This document shows positions 38,461 to 48,531 of a stretch of DNA of 50,470 nt, piece by piece (position 1 is the first letter of the stretch; each line of letters starts with the position of its first letter). The stretch comes from Candidatus Adlerbacteria bacterium. Lineage in GTDB: Bacteria; Patescibacteriota; Minisyncoccia; Phycocordibacterales; SBAW01. A program made the position numbers and the translations under genes. Under the pieces are notes generated by a model. The model was not told the DNA's origin and did no database searches. It saw nothing but the letters and a program-made list of their open reading frames with translations. The stretch spans positions 1 through 50,470 of the forward strand of contig CAISEE010000043.1 in assembly GCA_903884345.1 (NCBI GenBank). Direction: 5' to 3'.

Positions 38461-41400
38461 ATGAGTATCACTCAGAGTTCAACACGGCTTGCAGCCGTCG
38501 CGGCTGGTAGCTTGCTTGCACTCGGACTCGTCTTCGGTGCATACAACGTTCCGGCACAGGCTGCTGGTTTGAGCGCGTCTCAAATCCAGTCGATCCTTTC
38601 GCTCCTCTCGTCATTTGGCGCAGATCAGACGACTATCAACAATGTTCAGGCGTCGCTCAATGGTCTCCCGACCACTGGCAACACCACCACGACCACTACT
38701 ACCACTTCGACCGGCTACAACTGGACGAAGAACCTTCAGCTCGGTTCGACCGGTGCTGATGTGAAGGCTCTCCAGCAGTTCCTCAACACCGACGCAGCAA
38801 CCCAGGTTGCGGCAACCGGCGCAGGTTCAGCTGGCATGGAGACCTCGACCTTTGGTCCTGGTACCAAGGCAGCGGTTATGAAGTTCCAGAAGAAGTACGG
38901 CATCAGCCAGACTGGTACCGTCGGTCCGCTCACCCGCGCACAGCTCAATATGCTTGCAGCAGGTACGACCACTACTGGCACCGGAACCACCACGACTGTC
39001 GGCACCTCGACCGCTTCGAGCCTCACGGTCTCGGCAGCAGTTCAGCCTGCTAACCAGATCGTTCCGGCAGGCGTCGCACGCGCACCGTTCACCAAGTTCA
39101 CCGTCACCGCTCCGGCTACCGGCGCAGTTACGATCAACAGCGTGACCGTCCAGCGCCAAGGTATCGCAGTCGACACTGACCTCGCTGGCGTCGAGCTCCT
39201 CGACCAGAACGGCAATCAGGTCGGCATCAGCCGTACTCTCGACAGCACCCACCAGGCCGTCATCGGCGCTGCGGTTGTTGTCCCGGCAGGCACCTCGCAG
39301 ACCTTCACGGTCGCGGGTGACACCGCCGCAGTTGGTATACTTGGTTCGGGTGATGTCGCGTCTCTCGCCGTTGTTGCAGTCAACTCGTCGGCAACCATTA
39401 ATGGTTCGCTCCCGATTGTCGGCGCTTCGAACACCTTCAACAGCACTGTACAGATTGGTTCGATTACAGCACAGCGCGGCTCGAACGACCCGGGTTCTTC
39501 AAACAACGAGAACGTCGGTCAGACTTCGTACATCTTCTCGTCGGTCCGCCTTACAGCGGGTTCAGCTGAGGATACGTACCTCAAGTCAATTCGCTGGCAC
39601 CAAGTTGGTTCTGCTTCGCAGAGCTACCTCCAGAATGTCGTAGTACTTGCGAACGGTACGTCATACCCGACGACCGTCTCGTCAGATAACTACTACACTG
39701 CAACCTTCCCGGGTCAGGGAGTCCTGGTTCAGAAGGGTAACAGTGTCGATGTGGCTATCCAGGGCGACCTTCTCAACGGTTCAAACACGAACGTTGAGTT
39801 CGACATCCAGAAGCGCAATGACATCAATGTTGTCGGCGCACTCTATGGTTACGGCATCCTCCCGGCATACACTTCGTCTAACACCTGCAATTGGCAGTCT
39901 GACATCACGAACCGTGGTAAAGTGTGTGCATCTGACGATCCTTACTACGAGGGCTTCTCAGCTACGATCAACTCGGGTACTGTAACTGTTTCGACCTCGA
40001 ACAGCGTCTCGGCTTCGAACATCGCAGTCAATACGCAGAACCAGGTTCTCGGCGGCTTCCAGCTTCTCACGCAGGGTGAGCAGGTCTCGGTTGGTAAGAT
40101 GGTGTTCGAGGTCAGCAAGACCAACAACGGTACTGCAGACGCAACCCTCTACAACAGTGGTACGCCGCTCATAACGAGCGTCTCTTTGGTTGACCAGAAC
40201 GGCAACGTTCTGGGCGGCCCGGTTGATCTCAACTCACTCGGTCAGTTGGTCTTCAGTGGTACTGTCACCTTCCCGGTCGGCACGACCCAGCTTTACCTCA
40301 AAGGTAAGATTGGAACAAGCTTCCCGTCGAATGGTTCCGTGTACATCTCGACCAACCCGGGTTCGGACTGGTCTACCATCACTGGTATGACCACTGGTCG
40401 CAACCTCTCGCTTTCGAGCGGCATGCTGATCAGCGCAGGTCAAACTGTTAAAACCCAGGCTCTTACTCTCTCGGTATCGGCAACGCCGATTTCGCAGAAT
40501 GTCATCTCGGGAATCAATCAGTTTGCGTTTGCTAACTTCGTGGTTGACGCAACAGCGTCTGGCGAAGATGTGCGCGTAACAACGCTCCCGACGACGCTTA
40601 CCTTTGGTGGCCTCTCGGCTGCGAATAGTCTCGTCAACTGCCAGGTCTACAACGGCGCAACCTCAATCTCGAGCACGCACGTCTACAACCCGAACGGTGC
40701 GACGACTTCGGCACAATCAATCAACTTCACGCTCGACAACGGTGGTATCGTCGTTCCGAAGGGAACATCGGTAACTCTTGGCGTCGCTTGTGACCTCCGC
40801 AGTGGCTCGGCTGGTACCTACGCATTCGGTCTCCCGTCTTCGCTCAGCGCATGGACAGGAGCAACTGGTGTGACTAGTGGTAACACTGTTGTTGCAACCC
40901 TCGGTACCTATGTTGGTCCGACCATGGCGGCTTCAGCTAACGGCGGTGGTGTCACCGTCGCAGTCGATCCAAGCAGCCCTTCGTACTCGGTCGCATCGGC
41001 AGGTGCAACTGGTGTTGACCTCGGTCACATCAAGTTCAGCGCTTCGAACGAAGCAGTTGACCTTCGTCAAGTCGCACTTGTTCTCGCTTCTGGTAACAAC
41101 TACAATCTCGTAAACAACTCGGTTGCGCTCTACGACGCGACGACCAATACGCAGGTTGGTACCGCAGTGTTCTCGTCTGGTCGCTTCGCAACCTCGTCTG
41201 CTATCGCATCGGGAGCATTCCGCATCCCGTCAAACGGCAGCCGCACCCTCGTTCTTAAGGGTGACATCGCAGGCGTCAGCGTCAGCGGTCCGGCAACTAT
41301 GTCGGGTGCTCTTATCCAGGTTGCATACGATGGCAACAATGTTGGCATCAATGGTAACTATGGTGTTGGCGTAAGCTCGGGTCAGACTATCACTCTTGGT

Positions 41401-41997
41401 ACGACTGGTTTGGTTACTCCGGCCGGAGTCCAGATGTACAAGTCGTTCCCAACATTCACGTACAGCACTGCGGGCGCTACGGCAACCGCAGGCTCGAACA
41501 CCCTTCTCTCGCTCACGGTAGCGGCAGACTCCAAGGGTGACGTGACCCTCAACAAGCTCACCTTCCTCACCGCAACCTCATCGGCAACTCTTACCGGCGT
41601 GACCTTCACTGGTCCGAACGGTAACGTCGGCACGGTTACTGGTCCGGATGCGAACAACTTCGTGACAGTGCTCTTCAACGGCTCGAACACTGCGGATGCA
41701 GTTATTGGTGCTGGTACCTCGAAGGTCTACACCCTCCGCGGTAACGTTGTTCTCGGAAATGGTGGCTTGAGCGGCTCGGTCGCAACATCCCTCAAGGGTG
41801 ACACTGTATCTGTGAACGGAACAAAGACGCAGGCAGCACTTAGCACTTCGTACATCATTTGGTCTCCTGAATCGACCACTACTTCGGTAGTCGGATCGAC
41901 AGGTATGAATGACTGGACGAACGGCTATGGTCTCGGTGGCATCTTCCAGAGCGCAGGCCTCGGACAGGATGGTTTGGCAAACGTCATCGCGAAGTAA
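38461..41997 (+). CDS. S-layer-like surface protein with N-terminal peptidoglycan-binding domain
   Basis: 1178 aa, signal peptide, LQLGSTGADVKALQQFLN..FGPGTKAAV.KFQ, S/T/G/V/N-rich beta repeats, strong codon bias, long leader and terminator. Confidence 0.8.
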   Translation: MSITQSSTRLAAVAAGSLLALGLVFGAYNVPAQAAGLSASQIQSILSLLSSFGADQTTINNVQASLNGLPTTGNTTTTTTTTSTGYNWTKNLQLGSTGADVKALQQFLNTDAATQVAATGAGSAGMETSTFGPGTKAAVMKFQKKYGISQTGTVGPLTRAQLNMLAAGTTTTGTGTTTTVGTSTASSLTVSAAVQPANQIVPAGVARAPFTKFTVTAPATGAVTINSVTVQRQGIAVDTDLAGVELLDQNGNQVGISRTLDSTHQAVIGAAVVVPAGTSQTFTVAGDTAAVGILGSGDVASLAVVAVNSSATINGSLPIVGASNTFNSTVQIGSITAQRGSNDPGSSNNENVGQTSYIFSSVRLTAGSAEDTYLKSIRWHQVGSASQSYLQNVVVLANGTSYPTTVSSDNYYTATFPGQGVLVQKGNSVDVAIQGDLLNGSNTNVEFDIQKRNDINVVGALYGYGILPAYTSSNTCNWQSDITNRGKVCASDDPYYEGFSATINSGTVTVSTSNSVSASNIAVNTQNQVLGGFQLLTQGEQVSVGKMVFEVSKTNNGTADATLYNSGTPLITSVSLVDQNGNVLGGPVDLNSLGQLVFSGTVTFPVGTTQLYLKGKIGTSFPSNGSVYISTNPGSDWSTITGMTTGRNLSLSSGMLISAGQTVKTQALTLSVSATPISQNVISGINQFAFANFVVDATASGEDVRVTTLPTTLTFGGLSAANSLVNCQVYNGATSISSTHVYNPNGATTSAQSINFTLDNGGIVVPKGTSVTLGVACDLRSGSAGTYAFGLPSSLSAWTGATGVTSGNTVVATLGTYVGPTMAASANGGGVTVAVDPSSPSYSVASAGATGVDLGHIKFSASNEAVDLRQVALVLASGNNYNLVNNSVALYDATTNTQVGTAVFSSGRFATSSAIASGAFRIPSNGSRTLVLKGDIAGVSVSGPATMSGALIQVAYDGNNVGINGNYGVGVSSGQTITLGTTGLVTPAGVQMYKSFPTFTYSTAGATATAGSNTLLSLTVAADSKGDVTLNKLTFLTATSSATLTGVTFTGPNGNVGTVTGPDANNFVTVLFNGSNTADAVIGAGTSKVYTLRGNVVLGNGGLSGSVATSLKGDTVSVNGTKTQAALSTSYIIWSPESTTTSVVGSTGMNDWTNGYGLGGIFQSAGLGQDGLANVIAK

Positions 41998-42030
41998 TAT
42001 TCGCCTAGCGTTAGCCTGACATTCACGTCA

Positions 42031-42068
42031 CGCAAACAGCCCCTCCCCACAAAGGAGGGGCTTTTGCG
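42031..42068 (+). terminator. intrinsic terminator
   Basis: AGCCCCTCC..GGAGGGGCT followed by TTT. Confidence 0.75.
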
Positions 42069-42093
42069 TACCCAATCCCGTCCCGAAACTCGT

Positions 42094-42997
42094 ACGGAGG
42101 ACCGACCTCCGCAACCCCACAACCCCTTCGCGCCCACCTTACGGAGGTCGGTCCTCCGCAACCCCCCCATAGCGCCATCATCCTGCCTCTTACGTCTTAC
42201 GGAGGACAGTCCTCCGCGCGACTGTGCATAAACGGAGGACCGACCTCCGCAACCTGGTACGATAGCGGTATGCAGCGAATGGTACCGCTTGCAATAGGTG
42301 AGACGTATCACATCTATAATCGCGGTGCACACAAGCGCGACGTCTTTACGTCCGAGCGAGACTATCAACGCTTCCAGCTCTTACTTCACCTTATGAACGG
42401 CACGTCGCCGATCGAGATGCGCAACGTTTTCCGAAAATACGGAGGTCGGTCCTCCGCAGCTATCTTCGAAGAAGAGGTTCCCGAACAGCCACTGGTAGAT
42501 GTGCTTGCATACTGCCTCATGCCGAACCATTTCCACCTCGTGTTGCGGCAAAAGGTTGAAAATGGGATTTCTGTATATCTAAAGAAGGTATTTACGGCGT
42601 ACTCGATGTACTTCAATACGAAATACGAGCACAGTGGCGTGCTGTTTCAAGGGCGTTTCAAAAGCAGACATATCGATAACGAGGCGTATTTTAGATACAT
42701 TTTTGCGTATGTGCATCTCAATCCGCTTTCTATCTTGCAGCCAGATTGGGAAACGAAAGGGTTTGCCGACAGCGGTGCGGCACGGCTTTTCCTTGGCGAG
42801 TATTCGTACTCCAGCTACGTCGACTACTCTGTGGGTAACCGAGCAGAGCGGGCGCTACTTGCTCACGACGATATCCCCGAATTCCTCATGACACAAAACG
42901 ATTTCGAGCAGCTCTTTCACTGTGTCTCGCAAGACATTACGGAGGACCGACCTCCGCAAACCAGATAGAGTGAGTTGACGGAGGTCGGTCCTCCGCG
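42094..42997. repeat. cluster of seven 20-bp REP palindromes ACGGAGG-N5-CCTCCGC
   Basis: Copies start at 42094, 42141, 42199, 42232, 42439, 42939 and 42978. Confidence 0.93.
42270..42968 (+). mobile_element. REP-associated tyrosine transposase (RAYT, Y1/HUH, IS200-like)
   Basis: YHIYNRG, AYCLMPNHFHL (HUH), LFQGRFKS, YVHLNP (catalytic Tyr); flanked by REPs. Confidence 0.92.
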
Positions 42998-43056
42998 AGA
43001 TTGGCGAACTGTGGATAGTGTACAAAATGGGGGAATCGTGGGTTTATACTGACTTC

Positions 43057-43656
43057 ATGAAGATTTTTATGCATCGGGTGTGGCGCGTTATTCGCTGGCC
43101 GCTCCTCGGCCTTTTTGTGTTGTACATGGGGCTCGTGGCGTATCGCATCCCGGCGGTGCGCGAGAAGGATAGGAGCGACAAGGCGGTTGCGGCGATTCAT
43201 GCGCAAAAGATCACTGTGGCCGACGTGACGGGCGACCATTTGCCGCCCCCGCCAAACCAGGCCGACAACGACTCGACCTTGGCCGGCATCGACTCAAACA
43301 ACAACGGCATCCGCGACGACGTCGAGCTCGCAATTTTCAAACTCCACCCCGACTCCGCCCGCATCCGCGCCGCCGAGTTGCAGTACGCAATGGCGCTGCA
43401 GAATGAGTTGACGAATGTGTTCGATAGTCAGACGCTAGTTGCTGCGATTCAAGAAGAAAACAGAGCCTATTTTTGCGTCGGGGATATGTACAAAATAGGT
43501 CAAGATAAACTTCTGGATGCTGAAATAAAAAATGTTGAGGCCTTAGTTTTAAATACAGACACCCGCAAAAAGAAGTATCAGGAGATATATCAGAAGTACA
43601 TGACATCGTTTGCAGATTTGAAAAATGTTTCTAACTGCGACATTAAAACGCAATAA
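43057..43656 (+). CDS. membrane-anchored protein with TLAGIDSNNNGIRDDVE motif
   Basis: N-terminal TM, Ca-binding-like DxNxNG loop, Cys pair; TATACT 6 nt before the ATG. Confidence 0.75.
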   Translation: MKIFMHRVWRVIRWPLLGLFVLYMGLVAYRIPAVREKDRSDKAVAAIHAQKITVADVTGDHLPPPPNQADNDSTLAGIDSNNNGIRDDVELAIFKLHPDSARIRAAELQYAMALQNELTNVFDSQTLVAAIQEENRAYFCVGDMYKIGQDKLLDAEIKNVEALVLNTDTRKKKYQEIYQKYMTSFADLKNVSNCDIKTQ

Positions 43657-43667
43657 ATTATTAATGT

Positions 43668-46277
43668 ATGAAGCATGTAATTCTTGCTATAAGCGGAATA
43701 TTGTTGCTCGCACCAATCAATGTTTTTGCAGCGTGCAGCGCAAAAGGGGAGACTGTTGCATATATAAATGGCATCTTAACTAGCGAAATCGACGCAAAGA
43801 ATCAGAGACGCGCTTTAGAAAAAGACTACAACGACCAGTATCCTTCAAACGACGTCACTTTCATCAACGCTTACAACCCGTCGCATCTTGATGGGCTTGG
43901 GGACTTGATTGAGGCGACCTCGCAATTTATGGGAAAGCCGGTCAGTGCGTTTGACTTCAAGACGATGCTCATGCAGATCTACCCCGAGGTGACGACGCGG
44001 CGACTCCTACTTGTGGGGTACTCGCAGGGTGCGTTTTACGCAAACGCGATGTATGACTATTTGCTTTCGCATGGCGAGCCACGGCAGGCGGTCGGGGTGT
44101 ATGAGGTCGGTGCGCCCACGCACTACGTCGCAGGAGGCGGTGCATACCTCAACTCCTCGGGTGATATGCTGCTCAACGACCTAACAGGGAACGTCCCGGC
44201 CGACGAGGCGCCGCTCCCTGCGAACACACGTCTCATAAGTTCTCCCGATGATGCTCAGGCGCAATTTCCTGGGCATTCTTTTATAGCATCCTACTTGGCG
44301 GGTGGGGCAGGGCGCATCGTCGCGGACATTTCGAGCGGGCTTGCTAAACTCACTCCCGACCTTGCCTCCGACAAGGGCGAATGCTTTACCGAGCCCGACC
44401 CCGATGCGAACTACATTGCCGAGGGAGTTGGTTTTGCGGTCGCTGACCCCACGGCGCATGTGATTGGTGTGACGGCTGGTGCGACATACGCGGCGGCATC
44501 GTTCGCAATCGGCGGAGCTATCTCGTTTTTGACGCACACGTACGCCGCGGCGACGTCGGGTCTTTCTAGTGCTGCTCATACCGTTGCCAACTCGCCCGAT
44601 AATCCGGCGGCGCCACAAAATCAAGTAAAAAATCTCGCAGTCATTAAGAAACTGTATGGCTCGAGTTTGGACGAGGAGACGTATGAAGAATTAAACGGGA
44701 CCGTACATCAGGGTGCTGCGGTGGCGGCTGCTGTGCTGCCGACGCCAACTCCGGCGCCGGTGCCGGCACCTACCTCGACCGTCGCTACGACCAGCGTGCG
44801 TGTTGCGCCGCCGCCAACGATACCACGCACCGGACCGCTGCCCTTGGGTGAGGGGAGTGGGTCTGCGATCGCTTCGCCCGCCGGGGCAAGTTCGACGTCG
44901 CCGCCTGACTCAGGTTCATTACCGTCGCAGGGTGCCGACTCGACGCCCGCGCCAGCCGCGCCGTTTGATGCGAGTTCGACCGCGCCCGTGCTTTCGATCG
45001 CGGCATGTGCGCAATCGCTCAGCCCCGACTTTTGCTTCGCTCCGAGAACCACAATCGCGCTGTCATGGTCGGGGAGTGCGGGTGCGGTCAGCTACAACAT
45101 CTTCGTCAATGGCGTCCTTGCGCAGACAGTGGCCGGCACCTCGAGCAGTGTCACCCTTGCCGACCAGGCGTCGAGCTCGATCGCGGTTGCTGCAGTGGAT
45201 GTGGCCGGCACGTCGCTTGCGAGTGCGCCGCAGACGGTGTACGTGTTTGCGCACCCGGTCGTCATCAATGAAATCGCGTGGGCGGGAACCGAAAACTATC
45301 CCGATGATCAGTGGCTCGAATTGAAGAATCGCACGCCATACGCGATAGACCTCTCACACATGGCGGTGGTCGCGACCGAAGGCGGCTCGCAGTACATCCC
45401 GCTCTCGGGTGTCATTTGGCCCTTGCCTGACAATGGATTTTACGTCATCGAGCGCGCCCAGAAGGTGATTACCGACCTGTATGAGCACGGGCACATCATC
45501 TACTTCGAGCCGCTCTCGACCACTGGCGAGCAGTTGTCCCTTCAGTATTTTGACGGCGCTGCCACGACGACGCTCGACCAAACGCCACCCATCGCGACGT
45601 GCGGGAAGTGGTGCGCAGGGTCGCAGTCGACGCCGATCGGTTTTGCGACAACGGGGCGCGTTGAGTTGAACACCATCTCGATGTCGCGCATCGACGCAGT
45701 CGCCTCGGGGACGCTCGCCAGCAATTGGGTAAACGACGGCGCATATCCAACTGTCACTCCATTCACCGACCGCGACAATCGGTATCGCATCATCGGCACG
45801 CCGAACGCCGAGAACGACACGATCGCGGCTGACGCGGGATTCTATTGCTACCCAGACACGGCACCTATCGTTCCCGGGAGTGCCTATCATCCGCAATCGT
45901 CTATGTGCACGTACCTCTCGCGATTCGTCATGCAAGACGAACGGCGCATGGGCGCGCTGTATGAAGGGGTGGTGGGCAGCTCGACGCTTATTAATATGGC
46001 GTTCGATTATTCGCAGCTGCGCGGCCCGGTGCACATTGCCCAAAACCAAACTATCCCCGCCGACACTCCCGCGGGAACGCCATTTTTCGTGGCCATTTGG
46101 GAGGTGCAGGTGGAGCCGTACTACAACCCGCCACGAAGTATCGAAAACTTTAACTCCTACTGGCAAACGGGATCGCAGCAAACGTGCCACGATAATGGGG
46201 TATGCACCGACGGCGGGGGAGCCGCGTCGCCGCCGCACGACAATTATCGGGTGATTCCCTTCACGTACGTCCCATAG
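43668..46277 (+). CDS. secreted alpha/beta-hydrolase (lipase-like) fused to lamin-tail-like domain
   Basis: Signal peptide, YINGI, LVGYSQG nucleophile elbow, D and GHSF; P/S/T linker; VVINEIAWAG..DQWLELKN lamin-tail motif. Confidence 0.75.
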   Translation: MKHVILAISGILLLAPINVFAACSAKGETVAYINGILTSEIDAKNQRRALEKDYNDQYPSNDVTFINAYNPSHLDGLGDLIEATSQFMGKPVSAFDFKTMLMQIYPEVTTRRLLLVGYSQGAFYANAMYDYLLSHGEPRQAVGVYEVGAPTHYVAGGGAYLNSSGDMLLNDLTGNVPADEAPLPANTRLISSPDDAQAQFPGHSFIASYLAGGAGRIVADISSGLAKLTPDLASDKGECFTEPDPDANYIAEGVGFAVADPTAHVIGVTAGATYAAASFAIGGAISFLTHTYAAATSGLSSAAHTVANSPDNPAAPQNQVKNLAVIKKLYGSSLDEETYEELNGTVHQGAAVAAAVLPTPTPAPVPAPTSTVATTSVRVAPPPTIPRTGPLPLGEGSGSAIASPAGASSTSPPDSGSLPSQGADSTPAPAAPFDASSTAPVLSIAACAQSLSPDFCFAPRTTIALSWSGSAGAVSYNIFVNGVLAQTVAGTSSSVTLADQASSSIAVAAVDVAGTSLASAPQTVYVFAHPVVINEIAWAGTENYPDDQWLELKNRTPYAIDLSHMAVVATEGGSQYIPLSGVIWPLPDNGFYVIERAQKVITDLYEHGHIIYFEPLSTTGEQLSLQYFDGAATTTLDQTPPIATCGKWCAGSQSTPIGFATTGRVELNTISMSRIDAVASGTLASNWVNDGAYPTVTPFTDRDNRYRIIGTPNAENDTIAADAGFYCYPDTAPIVPGSAYHPQSSMCTYLSRFVMQDERRMGALYEGVVGSSTLINMAFDYSQLRGPVHIAQNQTIPADTPAGTPFFVAIWEVQVEPYYNPPRSIENFNSYWQTGSQQTCHDNGVCTDGGGAASPPHDNYRVIPFTYVP

Positions 46278-46291
46278 TAGAATGGCTGGGT

Positions 46292-46987
46292 ATGACTACC
46301 ACCACCCAGACGCGCTACGCACTCGGCATGGGGCTTATCCTTCTTGTCGTTATCGTCGCAATCATCTTTATCACCAAACGGGGCACCACCGATCAGAGCG
46401 ACACGAGCGCTTCAGGTTCGACGAATCAGACATCGCTCACCGATGCCGGGGACGCACAAAAGCCGGTCGCGGTCGTCTCGAACGTCGCCAGCTCGTCGGA
46501 TGCCGGCATTACGATGACCGTGCCGATGCCCAGCCTCACGCGCACGTACGTGCCGCTCTCGACCTTGCCGCAGTCGGTCAAGGATGCCGACACCAAAGCG
46601 GTCGCCGACGCGATCGCGCAGCTGAAACTCGACCCCAACCACCTGGCCTACTGGATGCAGTTGGCGGTCTACCGCAAAGGTGCGGGCGACTACGCGGGTG
46701 CCGAGTCGATCTGGCTCTACGCCATCGAGCGCTGGCCGAAGGATCCGACCGCCTACAATGACCTCGCCGACCTGTACGAAAACTTCCTCCACGACAACGC
46801 GAAGGCCGTCGTGTACTGGAACAAACTCATCGCCGTGGAGCCGACCAACATCATGGCCTACGTTAATCTCTCGACGCTCTACAGCATCACCATGCACGAC
46901 GCCGCCGCCGCCAAGGCGACGATCGAGAAGGGGCTCAAGGCTAATCCGCAAAACTCCGACCTTCTGAACGCACAGAAGGCGCTCTAA
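46292..46987 (+). CDS. membrane-anchored TPR protein
   Basis: TM followed by TPR motifs (AYNDLADLY, AYVNLSTLY, GLKANP). Confidence 0.85.
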   Translation: MTTTTQTRYALGMGLILLVVIVAIIFITKRGTTDQSDTSASGSTNQTSLTDAGDAQKPVAVVSNVASSSDAGITMTVPMPSLTRTYVPLSTLPQSVKDADTKAVADAIAQLKLDPNHLAYWMQLAVYRKGAGDYAGAESIWLYAIERWPKDPTAYNDLADLYENFLHDNAKAVVYWNKLIAVEPTNIMAYVNLSTLYSITMHDAAAAKATIEKGLKANPQNSDLLNAQKAL

Positions 46988-46988
46988 C

Positions 46989-47129
46989 ATGAACCGCTAC
47001 TTCACCAAAACCTTTCAGCGATTCCTGTTTGCCTTCATGATCATCATCGCGATCGCCTTCGGCCTTCTGGTCGCGGGCAGTTTCGCGCTCGAGGCACGGT
47101 CGGTTGACAATACGGCCACCGCACGCTAA
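46989..47129 (+). CDS. 46-aa single-TM protein (not in ORF track)
   Basis: MNRYFTKTFQRFLFAFMIIIAIAFGLLVAGSFALEARSVDNTATAR; starts 1 nt after the TPR gene stop. Confidence 0.6.
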   Translation: MNRYFTKTFQRFLFAFMIIIAIAFGLLVAGSFALEARSVDNTATAR

Positions 47130-47132
47130 TCT
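47104..47132 (+). promoter_or_regulatory. promoter of rplJ-rplL
   Basis: TTGACA-17 nt-TAATCT. Confidence 0.65.
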
Positions 47133-47142
47133 GTGGGTCTAG

Positions 47143-47208
47143 GCCATAGACAGCGGGTCTCCTCGTAGGGGGAGGTAATGTTCCGAAAGGGGCGCCTGCC
47201 GAGGTCGA
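47143..47208 (+). promoter_or_regulatory. ribosomal protein L10 leader (autoregulatory RNA)
   Basis: AGACAGCGGG...TAA...CCTGCCGAGGT kink-turn-type signature upstream of rplJ. Confidence 0.8.
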
Positions 47209-47285
47209 AACTCCCAGTTTTGCGATTCGTCGCAGGGCAGAGTGTCGATGGCCTTCATACTAGAGGGTTATTTTTTTGCCCAAAC

Positions 47286-47774
47286 ATGGCCATTACAAAA
47301 CAGAAGAAGGAAGAGATCGTCAGCAAGGTGGGCGGCATCGTCGGGGATTCCTCGACCATCGTCTTCGCGAAGTTCAAAGGCCTCACGGTCGCCGAACAAA
47401 GCGAGATGCGCCGCGCACTGCGCGCACAGGACGTCGGCTACTCGGTCGCCAAGAAGACGCTCGTTCGCCGAGCGCTCGACGCAGCCAAGGTCGGCGGCAC
47501 CGCTCCCGAGCTTGAAGGCGAGATTGCACTTGCGTACAGCAAGGACGAGTTGGCACCGGCTCGCGAGATCGCGATCTTCGTCAAGAAGTTCCCCGAGCAC
47601 CTCGTCTTCGCAGGCGGTGTCTTCGGCGGCAAGTATGTGAACGCGACCGAGATCAAGGCAATCGCCGCGATCCCTGGTATGCAGGCACTCCGTGCGCAGT
47701 TCGTTCAACTCATTAACAGCCCACGCCAGCGCTTTGCGGTTGTACTCAACGCGAAAGCTGAGAAGGGAGAATAA
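47286..47774 (+). CDS. rplJ: 50S ribosomal protein L10
   Basis: [30 protein letters not shown]. Confidence 0.95.
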   Translation: MAITKQKKEEIVSKVGGIVGDSSTIVFAKFKGLTVAEQSEMRRALRAQDVGYSVAKKTLVRRALDAAKVGGTAPELEGEIALAYSKDELAPAREIAIFVKKFPEHLVFAGGVFGGKYVNATEIKAIAAIPGMQALRAQFVQLINSPRQRFAVVLNAKAEKGE

Positions 47775-47785
47775 ATCAACACTAT

Positions 47786-48199
47786 ATGGCAGACGAAACA
47801 GTAGTTGCGGCTCCTACAGCAGACGTTGTAGAGATTCCGGCAAAGTTTAAGGACATCGTTGCAGCAGTCGAGAAGATGTCGGTCCTCGAGCTCCACGAGC
47901 TCGTCAAGACCCTCGAGTCGCACTGGGGCGTGTCGGCAGCCGCAGTCGCGGTAGCTGGCCCGGCAGCAGCAGAGGCAGCAGAGGAGAAGACCTCGTTTAA
48001 CGTTCACCTTACTGACGCAGGCGCCCAGAAGGTGCAGGTCATCAAGGCGATCAAAGAGGCGCTTGGTCTTGGTCTCAAGGAGGCAAAGGACCTCGTCGAT
48101 GCAGCTCCGTCAGTCCTCAAGGAGGGGATGAAGAAGGAGGATGCAGACAAGCTCAAGGCAGCCGTCGAGGCAGCCGGCGGCAAGGTCGAGTTGAAATAA
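47786..48199 (+). CDS. rplL: 50S ribosomal protein L7/L12
   Basis: [26 protein letters not shown]. Confidence 0.98.
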   Translation: MADETVVAAPTADVVEIPAKFKDIVAAVEKMSVLELHELVKTLESHWGVSAAAVAVAGPAAAEAAEEKTSFNVHLTDAGAQKVQVIKAIKEALGLGLKEAKDLVDAAPSVLKEGMKKEDADKLKAAVEAAGGKVELK

Positions 48200-48221
48200 T
48201 CTCAACCCCGTCTCGCTCATC

Positions 48222-48258
48222 ACAAAACCCCGGCATCTTGCCGGGGTTTTGTTTTTTT
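48222..48258 (+). terminator. intrinsic terminator after rplL
   Basis: ACAAAACCCCGGCA-TCT-TGCCGGGGTTTTGT followed by a T run. Confidence 0.9.
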
Positions 48259-48531
48259 GCTGAAACCTTTCTTCAAATCGTTGGTTGCAATACGTGGAAG
48301 ATCGGACAGCGGAGACTAGTAGGTGTAGCTGGTGCGGGCTGACGTTTAATCGTTTTGCCCTCCCTCGCTCCCACTCACTCCACATTCCTCGGCCGCTGAC
48401 TTTTTGTCTGCGGCCTTGTTTTTTGTCCGCCGCTCGGCCACGGTTTAGGGGTTTGCTAATCGGCCATTGTGTGGCTTTGCACAGCGGCGCGCCATTGCGT
48501 AGAATGGCCTTGTATTTCTATATTTGTTGCT

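Noticed and set aside
42094-42251. Repeat cluster as a CRISPR array
   Set aside because: Repeats are 20 bp with irregular gaps (27, 38 and 13 nt) and alternating loop orientation, there are no cas genes, and an adjacent RAYT explains them as REPs.
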